Below are positions 19,001 to 27,466 of a stretch of DNA of 64,000 nucleotides, in pieces. The stretch is from an uncultured Verrucomicrobia subdivision 3 bacterium (lineage in GTDB: Bacteria > Verrucomicrobiota > Verrucomicrobiia > Limisphaerales > UBA11358). Location: positions 11,739-75,738 of the forward strand of contig CAITTG010000078.1 in the NCBI GenBank assembly GCA_903895255.1, read 5' to 3'. The notes beneath the pieces are model-generated. The model was given only the letters and a program-made list of their open reading frames with translations. It made no database searches and had not been told where the DNA came from. The stretch's first letter is position 1; each line of letters begins with the position of its first letter. Both the position numbers and the translations under genes were made by a program.

Positions 19001-19047
19001 GCTGGGTCGATGGCGTCTTGGCACGCAAGAAAGGATTGGGATTTTGA
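16012..19047 (+). CDS. DUF1156-type DNA methyltransferase (N6-adenine/N4-cytosine class, DPPY) with Zn-ribbon
   Basis: N-terminus [47 protein letters not shown] is the DUF1156 signature. AdoMet motif [15 protein letters not shown], Zn-ribbon [11 protein letters not shown], motif IV [13 protein letters not shown]. The track start 16006 is TTG; ATG at 16012. Confidence 0.85.
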   Translation: [1011 protein letters not shown]

Positions 19048-19116
19048 GATGCTTGGTAGCCAAACGCATGGAACCGATTCTTAAATTCAATTGGAAAGAT
19101 TAATTTATTTATCGTT

Positions 19117-19515
19117 ATGTCAGATACAATTCCGGATCAAATTATAAAGGCGCTTGAGTGGTCAAAGGATTGGAGCATCTGGCTCGTTGGCTTGCAGACA
19201 GCTATTGTTGGTGGGATTGCAATTGCCTTGGGAAAGCCTCAGGAATCGGTGATTAGCTTTAGGTCAATCTTACCCCTGAAAATAGCATTATATGCTTTTT
19301 TGGCTTCCATTGCTACAGCCACATGGGTGCTGGCGGGTATACCGACTATTTTGTGTCGAATCACGGCAAGTGACAAAGATGTCTTTTTAATGCCGCTGTT
19401 TTCTTGGTTGCCAATGCCCCTATGGATCGCCACAACCTGCGAACACTGGTTTTTCATTATAGGTTTTATTTTTTTAATATTCTCAGTGAGGTGCAAAATA
19501 AAATGTCGCAACTAA
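19117..19515 (+). CDS. small integral membrane protein (3-4 predicted TM helices)
   Basis: 132 aa. Hydrophobic stretches WSIWLVGLQTAIVGGIAIALG, LKIALYAFLASIATATWVLAGIPTIL, LPMPLWIATTCEHWFFIIGFIFLIFS. AT-rich DNA. Confidence 0.5.
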   Translation: MSDTIPDQIIKALEWSKDWSIWLVGLQTAIVGGIAIALGKPQESVISFRSILPLKIALYAFLASIATATWVLAGIPTILCRITASDKDVFLMPLFSWLPMPLWIATTCEHWFFIIGFIFLIFSVRCKIKCRN

Positions 19516-19593
19516 TTAATTTGGATAAAGGCCTGTCGCGTCATTTTGAGACAATGCAATAATAACAATCATGAACTGCAAAATCCGAATCGC

Positions 19594-20436
19594 ATGAACA
19601 ATCAATCTGCTCCATTAGTTCCCGACGCGATGGTTCGTCCTGATGGTATTGCGATAAAAAAGCTCCGTGAACTACATCAAATTAATCCCAAACAAATAGA
19701 TTTTGCGAAGGCCTGCGGCATCAGCCGAAGAATCTTTCAAGACATTGAGAGTGGAAAACCGACAACCTTCAAAACTTTGCAGAAAATTGCGACATATCTG
19801 CAAATTGACGCGGCATCATTATTAACTCCGGCAGATGAATTTGATCTCGAGACCGACGAGGACGGGTATGAGGAAATGAGCAAAGAGATTCCAAAAGCTT
19901 TATTTGATAAAATTGGAAAGGCCCAAAAAAAAGTAATGATCTTGCAAACATGGCTTGCGGATTTCCCTTATTTTGACAAGTACCTTCGCCAAGCCGTTAA
20001 AAATGGGGCTAGCCTCGAAATTTTAATTCTCGATCACCAATCTCCAATGTTCAAGACGCGGGTGCGTGAATATTACATGGAAGATGAGCCTAAAACGAAA
20101 GACAAAAAATCTCTTAAAGCATTTCAAGCAAAAAACTTGAAATACGTCCAAAACGAGCTATACGCTGGGGGTATCGAAACCTTGAAACGTTTGTATTCCC
20201 TGAAACAGCGCAAAGGTCAAATAGTAATAAAAAAATATCGGGGGTCCGCTGTCATTTCGCTTCATATGGCTGATGACGAAATGTACGTAGGTACATTTTG
20301 GCGTGGAAAATCTACTATTGAAGGACCTCAAATTAAGGTTAATCGAAGCGGTTATTTTGGCAGGAGAGTTCTCAAGCATTTTAATTTGATTTGGGAAGAC
20401 CCAACAACAATAGAGTTAAGCCCGCCACAGGAGTAG
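19594..20436 (+). CDS. XRE-type HTH protein with C-terminal PLD-like / DUF5919-like domain
   Basis: Track start 19546 is TTG; first ATG at 19594. HTH: IAIKKLRELHQINPKQIDFAKACGISRRIFQDIESGKPTTFKTLQKIATYL. The C-terminal KKVMILQTWL...GASLEILILDHQSP...VIKKYRGSAVISLHMADDEMYVGTFW pattern recalls DUF5919 (from memory only). Confidence 0.5.
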   Translation: MNNQSAPLVPDAMVRPDGIAIKKLRELHQINPKQIDFAKACGISRRIFQDIESGKPTTFKTLQKIATYLQIDAASLLTPADEFDLETDEDGYEEMSKEIPKALFDKIGKAQKKVMILQTWLADFPYFDKYLRQAVKNGASLEILILDHQSPMFKTRVREYYMEDEPKTKDKKSLKAFQAKNLKYVQNELYAGGIETLKRLYSLKQRKGQIVIKKYRGSAVISLHMADDEMYVGTFWRGKSTIEGPQIKVNRSGYFGRRVLKHFNLIWEDPTTIELSPPQE

Positions 20437-20565
20437 GGCTGCAAGGAGCAGGAACTCCACTCATGCAGTTTTATCGGGCCAAACCTCTCGGTTGCAAAAC
20501 AATTGGCTCGCGAAAAATCGCAAACCAATTCTTACTTTGCGCGCCACACCCGGCTTTACGGGTTT

Positions 20566-20805
20566 TCATTTTATGAACCGATAAACTAAGACGCCAACCG
20601 TGTAAACGGGCTCCCTAAGCAAAACACCCGCCAGCAAGGCCAACGTTAATATAAGTGCGATTTTAATGGCGGCTGATCGCAAAATTCGTTTTACAATCAG
20701 AATTGCGTTTTGCTTCGGTGGGTTCTGCTGCCAATCCGTTACGTAGGCGTTGTCATTCTGCGCCTTTAGAGATATGCAATTTTTAACAGTATACCGCAGT
20801 TTCAT
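20566..20805 (-). CDS. possible small membrane protein (uncertain)
   Basis: Track ORF 20566-20922 starts at GTG; an internal ATG at 20805 gives MKLRYTVKN... with one C-terminal TM (AAIKIALILTLALLAGVLL). No recognisable family. Confidence 0.25.
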   Translation of the reverse strand: MKLRYTVKNCISLKAQNDNAYVTDWQQNPPKQNAILIVKRILRSAAIKIALILTLALLAGVLLREPVYTVGVLVYRFIK

Positions 20806-21147
20806 TTTGAATCCTTTCTCGGGTTCTTTTTTATTTAAACCAACGAGGGATTTTTGCTTGAAATTGAGCCATATTAAAAGCCAATGAATATGCTCATTTG
20901 CGCAGTTGGGGCGCAGTGCCACGCGGGGATGCGCAACGCGCGCGCGGTATTTCTAACTCATGAGATACACTTTTGGAGTGGTTTATTGGCTGTTACCAAA
21001 GTAAATTATCCGAAAGAAAATTGATGAGTATTGAAGCCGATTATAATCCATACAAATCCCGCGTACCAATCGTTCAATACAACTGGGCGTCAGACATCAT
21101 ATCGCGCCTAGCTCATAGCGAACCAAGAAACTAGCTACGGCCTAATC

Positions 21148-21732
21148 TTGAGCTCAGACCTCCCCACTGCCTTCCGACAAGCGTTGCTCGAAACGCTGCG
21201 CGACGAGCGCCATGCCGGACCATTACGCACGGCCGCGATAGCCGGGGTGCTGGGATCGTGGACCACAGCCTTGACCAGCGCTTCCATCGAAACGTGCGGA
21301 CAACTTGGCTGGCGCGCGTCCGCCAAGGGCCATCAGACGGACCTTCTGCCCGTCAGCCGGGGCGAATATCTGGCCCTGGACGTCATGGCTTTCGCCCCCG
21401 GCGAGAACCGCTGGCTGTTCCCATTGGCCATCATGGAACTGGAAAACCAGCGCCGTGAGGATTACATCGCCTATTCACTTTGGAAATTGTTAAGTGTCCG
21501 CGCCGATTTGCGGGTGCTGTTCTGCTACCGCCAGGAAGCATCGGAGGCTGGCCCCTTGCGCAAGCACCTCCAGGACGAAGTCATCGCCGCCCTGGGTGTC
21601 GGCCACCGGGTCACCCTCCACGGCAACACCCTCCTCGTCATTGGCCGCCGGGGCGAAGCCGAGACCTTCCCCCATGGCTTTTTCGCCTGGTGGCAATTGA
21701 ATGCCAACACCGGTCACTTTGAGCAATTCTAG
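21148..21732 (+). CDS. 194-aa hypothetical protein, possible PD-(D/E)xK nuclease fold
   Basis: TTG start (no in-frame ATG near; frame opens at 21112). Motif spacing LALDVMAF ... PLAIMELEN ... YSLWKLL resembles D...E-x-E/K nuclease cores. GC content returns to host-like exactly at this gene. Confidence 0.35.
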   Translation: MSSDLPTAFRQALLETLRDERHAGPLRTAAIAGVLGSWTTALTSASIETCGQLGWRASAKGHQTDLLPVSRGEYLALDVMAFAPGENRWLFPLAIMELENQRREDYIAYSLWKLLSVRADLRVLFCYRQEASEAGPLRKHLQDEVIAALGVGHRVTLHGNTLLVIGRRGEAETFPHGFFAWWQLNANTGHFEQF

Positions 21733-21777
21733 CCTTTTGTATTTGAAATTAAGGCCTTAGTCTTTGATTTCAGCATT

Positions 21778-24579
21778 ATGAAATTGAAGCCTTGGTACGA
21801 TGTGGTGAAGCCGCGCGAGGACTTGCGCGAGGGCAAATCCCAGGATTCATCGGAATTCGCGGTCCACCTAGACCGGGTACGGGATGGCACCGCCCGGGCG
21901 GATTACGGTCGCCCGGAGCAATTCTTCGCCAAAACCTTTCTAGCGGCCAACCTGCTGGACCTCGCCGCCCAAACCATGCGCCGGCTCTCCGGTGAAACCA
22001 GCCACACCTCGCCGGTCTTCAACCTGGCAACCAACTTCGGCGGCGGCAAAACCCACGCGCTAACCCTACTGTACCATCTCGCCCAGAATGGCCCCGCCTC
22101 CCAAGCATGGCTGGGAGTGTCGCAAATTCGGGACAAAGCGGCTATATCCCAGATTCCCAAGGCCCGCGTGGCGGTGTTCGTCGGCACGGAATTCGACTCC
22201 CTGTCCGGTCGCGGTGGCGATGGTAATGGCCCACGCCGGCTGACCCCCTGGGGTGAAATTGCCTGGCAATTGGGTGGCGAAGCGGCCTTCAACCTGGTTC
22301 GGGAGCATGATGAGAAGAAAATCGCTCCCGGTGGTGACGTTATCCGCAAACTGATTCCCGGCGATGAGCCCTGCCTGATCCTGGTGGACGAGTTGCTAAA
22401 CTACGCCAGCCGGTTCCGCACGCTGGGGCTGAATAACCAGCTTTATGATTTCCTATTGAATCTTTCCGGGGCCATGAACCCGCGTTCCGTCCTAGTGGTG
22501 TCGGTGCCCGCCTCGGAAATGGAAATGACGCCCGATGATGTGGCGGATTACCAACGCCTGACCAAAATGCTCGACCGCGTCGGCAAACCCATGACGATGA
22601 CGGCGGGGGCCGAGACCAGCGAGATCATCCGCCGCCGGCTATTCGAGTGGGATACGCGCGCGGTCAATGCCGATGGCCGGGTTTTGCTGCCCAGAGAGGC
22701 GGTGGATGCCTGCGGAGAATTTGCGCATTGGGTGCATGGCCACGCCCAACAACTTTCCAGTTCCATACCCCCGGACCACGCCCGGACGCATTTTGAGGCC
22801 TGTTATCCCTTCCATCCGAGTGTGTTATCGGTGTTCGAGCGGAAGTGGCAGACGGTGCCCAAATTCCAGCAAACGCGCGGGGTGCTGCGGATGCTGGCGC
22901 TCTGGATTCAAAATGCCTACACCCAGGCCTATCGCAAAGCCCACCCGGACCCACTTTTGACGCTGGGCACGGCCCCTTTCGGGGATGCCATTTTCCGCTC
23001 AGCGGTTTTCGAACAACTGGGCAACCGCGCCTTGGAAACGGCAGTCATGGTGGACATTGCCGGTCGCAAGGAGGCGCATGCGGTGGCGCTGGACCACGAG
23101 GCCAACGAAACCATCAGCAAGGAACGCCTGCACCAAAAGGTGGCGACGGCAGTCTTTTTTGAATCGAACGGTGGCACCACGAAGTCGGAAGCGACCTTGC
23201 CGGAAATCCGGCTGGCCGTGGGGCATCCAGATTTGGACCTCGGCAACGTGGAGACCGCCCTGGACGCACTCACGGACCGTTGCTACTACCTGACGGTGGA
23301 GCGAAAAAATTACAAGTTCAGCCTCCGGGAGAACCTGAATAAGCGGTTCTCGGACAAGCGAGCCAATATCGAGCTGCCCGCCATCGACGAGGTGGTGCGG
23401 CAGGAAATCCAAAAACGTTTTATTGCGAAGGAGGGGGTGGAGCGGGCGTGGTTCCCCGCCAAGAGCATCCAAATAGCCGACCGCCCGGTGCTGACCTTTG
23501 TCATTGGCGACTTGCATCAAACGATGGAGGAACGCAAGGATACCCTGGCGCTAATGGACCAAATGACCCGGGAAAATGGGAGTTCCAACCGTACGTTTAA
23601 GAGTGCCTTGATCTGGATGATGGCCGACACGCCGGGGGCGATGCGGGAATGCGCCCGCAAGCAACTGGCATGGCTGGCCATCGAGGACGAGGCGATTGAC
23701 TTGAAGCTGGACGAGTCCCAGCGCCGGCAACTCGCTGAGAACATTGAGCGCGCGCGCCGCGATTTGCGGGATTCCGTCTGGCGAGCATACAAATACGTCT
23801 TCATGCTGGGCAAGGACAACACCCTCCGGGAAATTGACCTGGGCATGGTGGGGGGCGGTTCAGGAATCGATTCCCCGATTACCAACGTCCTCAACCGGTT
23901 GGCGGCTGACGGGGAATTGGAGAAGGGTATCAGCGTCCGGCTATTGGTTAAAAACTGGCCATCGGCATTCACCGAGTGGCCGGTTAAATCCGCGCGTGAC
24001 GCGCTTTATGCTTCGCCGCAATACCCACGAATTATCCGGGGTACGGAAGCCATTCAGGATGCGGTGTCCAAAGCGGTTGCCCAAGGCGAGTTGGCCTATG
24101 TCGGCAAAGCGCTGGACGGCAAATATCTTCCCTTCAAATACAACGAGACCTTGTTCCCCGGCGATGTGGAGGTGGTGGAGGAGATGTTTCTAATCACCCG
24201 GGAAACAGCCACCGCCTATCTGCAAAAGCAAGCTGCCCCGATCTCGGTACCAAGCGCCACGCCGGCACCGGTGACGCTACCGACACCCCCAACCTCCACC
24301 ACACCGCCCCCGGCGACCGTGCAGCCCACACTGCCAATTGGAACTGGTGGCGCGTCATCGGGCGCATCTAGCCTATCATGGACCGGGGAGATTCCGCCGC
24401 AAAAGTGGATGAATTTCTATACCAAGGTGCTCTCCAAGTTCGCATCTGAGCGCAGCTTGAAGCTCACCCTGAAAGTGGAAGTCGCCCCGGAAAACGGCGT
24501 TTCCCAACAAAAGCGCGAGGAAACGAAATCCGCTCTGAAGGAACTGGGGCTGAGTGATGACTTGGGGCCGACATTATGA
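21778..24579 (+). CDS. DUF499-type AAA+/P-loop ATPase
   Basis: N-terminus MKLKPWYDVVKPREDLREGKSQDSSEFAVHLDRVRDGTARADYGRPEQFFAKTFL...NFGGGKTHALTLLYHL is the DUF499 (COG1483-like) signature. Walker B CLILVDELL. Confidence 0.8.
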   Translation: MKLKPWYDVVKPREDLREGKSQDSSEFAVHLDRVRDGTARADYGRPEQFFAKTFLAANLLDLAAQTMRRLSGETSHTSPVFNLATNFGGGKTHALTLLYHLAQNGPASQAWLGVSQIRDKAAISQIPKARVAVFVGTEFDSLSGRGGDGNGPRRLTPWGEIAWQLGGEAAFNLVREHDEKKIAPGGDVIRKLIPGDEPCLILVDELLNYASRFRTLGLNNQLYDFLLNLSGAMNPRSVLVVSVPASEMEMTPDDVADYQRLTKMLDRVGKPMTMTAGAETSEIIRRRLFEWDTRAVNADGRVLLPREAVDACGEFAHWVHGHAQQLSSSIPPDHARTHFEACYPFHPSVLSVFERKWQTVPKFQQTRGVLRMLALWIQNAYTQAYRKAHPDPLLTLGTAPFGDAIFRSAVFEQLGNRALETAVMVDIAGRKEAHAVALDHEANETISKERLHQKVATAVFFESNGGTTKSEATLPEIRLAVGHPDLDLGNVETALDALTDRCYYLTVERKNYKFSLRENLNKRFSDKRANIELPAIDEVVRQEIQKRFIAKEGVERAWFPAKSIQIADRPVLTFVIGDLHQTMEERKDTLALMDQMTRENGSSNRTFKSALIWMMADTPGAMRECARKQLAWLAIEDEAIDLKLDESQRRQLAENIERARRDLRDSVWRAYKYVFMLGKDNTLREIDLGMVGGGSGIDSPITNVLNRLAADGELEKGISVRLLVKNWPSAFTEWPVKSARDALYASPQYPRIIRGTEAIQDAVSKAVAQGELAYVGKALDGKYLPFKYNETLFPGDVEVVEEMFLITRETATAYLQKQAAPISVPSATPAPVTLPTPPTSTTPPPATVQPTLPIGTGGASSGASSLSWTGEIPPQKWMNFYTKVLSKFASERSLKLTLKVEVAPENGVSQQKREETKSALKELGLSDDLGPTL

Positions 24580-24920
24580 GTGGCGAGCTTTTTACCAGAT
24601 TCGGGTCCGAGTCTGACCTGAGCCCCAAGCATCGCGTGTGGAATGGTAACGATGACACCGACAGAAATCACCACGGGCTCGTGCCCATTGGCGAACAACC
24701 TTTTGATATCTGCCTCAACTGGAAGCGATCCAAATCAGATGAGCCCAAACTGATTGGCTATTTCCGGCTAAATTTAGAGAATTTATGCGATGCGGGCTTT
24801 GTTGACCGAAAACCAGCGAACCAGGTCCGCCTGCGATTTTACCACGACACTGATAATTGTATTTATGTGGAAATCAGGCCGGGAAGTCCACGACTGCTAT
24901 TGGCAAAACTTTGCTGTTGA
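24576..24920 (+). CDS. 114-aa hypothetical protein, translationally coupled to the ATPase
   Basis: ATGA start/stop overlap at 24576-24579. It occupies the position where a small conserved partner (DUF3780 in my recollection) follows DUF499 genes. Family not verifiable by eye. Confidence 0.45.
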   Translation: MSGELFTRFGSESDLSPKHRVWNGNDDTDRNHHGLVPIGEQPFDICLNWKRSKSDEPKLIGYFRLNLENLCDAGFVDRKPANQVRLRFYHDTDNCIYVEIRPGSPRLLLAKLCC

Positions 24921-24955
24921 TAGCATTTGCAACTTGAACCAAAGTTGAAATTCGA

Positions 24956-26059
24956 ATGAAGTTGGTCCGCAGAAAAAATGGCAAGGCTGTAAAAAGTAGC
25001 CTGCAAGGCCCCCCACTTTCGGATTCCCAATCAGATTTCAGCCATAGCCTGGATGAAAGTATTAACGCTTTGCTTGCACGATCGGATGCGCAATGGGCGC
25101 ATGACGATAACCTTGATAAATTGACCGATAACAACTTTCATGCATGTCGGAAATTAATACGCGCCTATGAAAAGGTAGGGGTGTGGCGCTTGCAGCAAGG
25201 GGCGTTCTCGGATGATGCGGGTTTTTATGCCGCCGAGTTGGCAGTTGAATTGGCTAAAACAATCACCGCATTGGTTCAAAATGGCGATTTGAACCTGGCC
25301 AGGAGGCTGCCCGCCATTTGCGAGTTATTCAACCTGGCTGGTGCGATATATGGAGATAAGTTGGCCACCACCCGTACAAACCATCAACCGATTGAGGTGC
25401 TTCTCAAAAACCACACGGCCAAAGATTTGCTGGAGATGCTGGCGGCGCTTTATCCCCAATGGCATTTAATGCTCTTGGAAGCACCAAATCTGGATTTTGA
25501 AAACTTGCCCGAGGAAAAACGCAACTACCTGCTTATGAAGGAGCGGCTTCGAATTGAAGCATTATCTGAGGCGGAGTTGCGGAAACTTCTCTTAAGCAAG
25601 GAATTATTGATTCGTAAACGAAATGGCCAGCGTAAGGAACACTGGCAGAAATGCCCAATGGCCGAGGTAATGGAAAGCATCATCGCCCGGCGGCACGGGG
25701 AATCTGAGAACATTAATTTATTCGTTGAACATCTATACCGGGGTTACCTCTGGGGTTTGCCAAATCATAATTTTCTAAAGTGTGACTGGCATGGTCGCGA
25801 GGATTTGCCCCCTAAACATGACGTGAAGGCCTGGATGAAATTGGTCGGTCCATTTTTGCGTGAAGCAACAGACGGGGATGCCACCAAACTCCAGGTTTTT
25901 AGGTATCTTCTCGCCCGTCGGAAGTCAGTCTATGTAGGGCGGCGCTTAGCTGAAGACAAACCGGCTTACATTTGGAATCAACTTGAGAACCAAATTCGCA
26001 AGGCTTGGAAGCTTATGGCAACCAACAAAACTAAGCCGGGCAGTGCCAAAGCAGCTTAG
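24956..26059 (+). CDS. 367-aa hypothetical protein
   Basis: Clean ATG ORF in AT-richer DNA, mostly helical-looking sequence. No motif recognised. Confidence 0.45.
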   Translation: MKLVRRKNGKAVKSSLQGPPLSDSQSDFSHSLDESINALLARSDAQWAHDDNLDKLTDNNFHACRKLIRAYEKVGVWRLQQGAFSDDAGFYAAELAVELAKTITALVQNGDLNLARRLPAICELFNLAGAIYGDKLATTRTNHQPIEVLLKNHTAKDLLEMLAALYPQWHLMLLEAPNLDFENLPEEKRNYLLMKERLRIEALSEAELRKLLLSKELLIRKRNGQRKEHWQKCPMAEVMESIIARRHGESENINLFVEHLYRGYLWGLPNHNFLKCDWHGREDLPPKHDVKAWMKLVGPFLREATDGDATKLQVFRYLLARRKSVYVGRRLAEDKPAYIWNQLENQIRKAWKLMATNKTKPGSAKAA

Positions 26060-26114
26060 TATAGAGTTTAGTAGCTTGTAGTAATCCAAAATTTTCTGCA
26101 TATTATTATGGGCG

Positions 26115-26483
26115 ATGAAAACGTCATCGCCGATACCGGCACAACAAAATAGCACTGTCACCCTGGGCGGAATGACAGAGTTTCAAATGGGCCGCCCTAC
26201 CTGCGCCGGGCCAATCCCGACCTCCCTGGCGCGGATGTTCGACCCGGTCGACGATAAATTCCTGCCAGAGTTTTGCAAGCTTCCCAGGCCCCGGGAGCGT
26301 TGCCAATTCACCGGGGCCAGCCGGACTTGGCTGCTGGAACACGGGGATGCCGGGCATTTCAAGCTGGTCCGCATTCGCAAGGCAGGCAGCGTGCGTGGCG
26401 CTATATTTATTCACCTTCCAAGTTTGCTCGCTTTCATTCGCGGTGAGATGGAAAAGCAAACCAACGCCGGAGGTGCCTTGTGA
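26115..26483 (+). CDS. small DNA-binding protein, excisionase/AlpA-like HTH (tentative)
   Basis: FCKLPRPRERCQFTGASRTWLLEHGDAGHFKLVRIRKAGSVRGAIFIHLPSLLAFI resembles the MerR/excisionase-type winged HTH. Its stop overlaps the GTG start of the primase gene (GTGA at 26480-26483). Confidence 0.4.
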   Translation: MKTSSPIPAQQNSTVTLGGMTEFQMGRPTCAGPIPTSLARMFDPVDDKFLPEFCKLPRPRERCQFTGASRTWLLEHGDAGHFKLVRIRKAGSVRGAIFIHLPSLLAFIRGEMEKQTNAGGAL

Positions 26484-27466
26484 AAATTGGCGACCTTAAG
26501 GAAAAGTACAGGATTCCGGATGCCTGGCGCGATCTGGGGTTAACAGGAGAGCCGGGCAAGATTTGTCGTTGCCCATTTCCGGGCGATCACAAGCATGGCG
26601 ACGCGAATCCCAGCTTTAGCGTTTACGATGAAGGCCGGCGAGCTAAAGACTTTGCAACGGGCGACGATTACGACGTAATTGATTTCCTTCAGAAGGCTCG
26701 GAATTGCAACCTTGTTGAGGCGCTGCGGTATGTTGAGGACCGGCTGCGGGTTCGCCAACACCAACCACCGCCGCCTGCACCAGCCACCAAGACAGCGCTA
26801 AAGCTGCCGCCATTACGATCTGGTACAAAGGACGAATTAAGGGAACTGGCCGACCGGCGCGGCTTTGCGGTGGAATCGTTACAGTATGCCGAGCACCGTG
26901 GCTGGTTGAAATTTACGCGGCTGTGGGGATACCCGGCCTGGTGCATCACGGATGTGCGGCAAGCTTTGTTCGAGTTCAGGCGTCTGGACGGAAATAAGTG
27001 GCCAGCTTTCGGACGACTGCCAGAACGAAAGAGCCATTGCTTGGGCACCGGGAAAAACTGGCCAATGGGGACGATTGAAAGCGAGCGATACGAGAAGGTC
27101 GTAATGGTGGAGGGGGCTCCGGATTTTTTGGCCGCTATTCATTTCCTGCTTGCGGAAGGCAAGGAGCTTACAATCGCACCGGTGGCCATACTAGGTGCGA
27201 GCAATCAAAAATTATCTCCAGAGGCGTTGGGCGTGTTTCAGAACAAGGTCATCTGTCTTTATCCCCATGTGGATGAATCCGGCCGCTGTGCGGCGCGCGC
27301 GTGGGCGCGACAGTTGATAGATGCCGGCGCGGCGCGGGTCACCGCGTTTGATTTATCTGGTTTGGTGCTGGCTGATGGCAGCCAGGGCAAAGACTTGGCT
27401 GATGTTTGCCGGATTTGCCCTGATTGTCTGGAAAAACAGCGCAAATTTACGGAGGTGATGCCGTGA
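26480..27466 (+). CDS. primase-like protein (CHC2-type zinc finger + Toprim-like region)
   Basis: KICRCPFPGDHKHGDANPSFSVYDEG matches the DnaG/P4-type zinc-finger pattern (CPFH..K.PSF). Later VVMVEGAPDFLA and DLADV are Toprim-like. Confidence 0.6.
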   Translation: MKIGDLKEKYRIPDAWRDLGLTGEPGKICRCPFPGDHKHGDANPSFSVYDEGRRAKDFATGDDYDVIDFLQKARNCNLVEALRYVEDRLRVRQHQPPPPAPATKTALKLPPLRSGTKDELRELADRRGFAVESLQYAEHRGWLKFTRLWGYPAWCITDVRQALFEFRRLDGNKWPAFGRLPERKSHCLGTGKNWPMGTIESERYEKVVMVEGAPDFLAAIHFLLAEGKELTIAPVAILGASNQKLSPEALGVFQNKVICLYPHVDESGRCAARAWARQLIDAGAARVTAFDLSGLVLADGSQGKDLADVCRICPDCLEKQRKFTEVMP

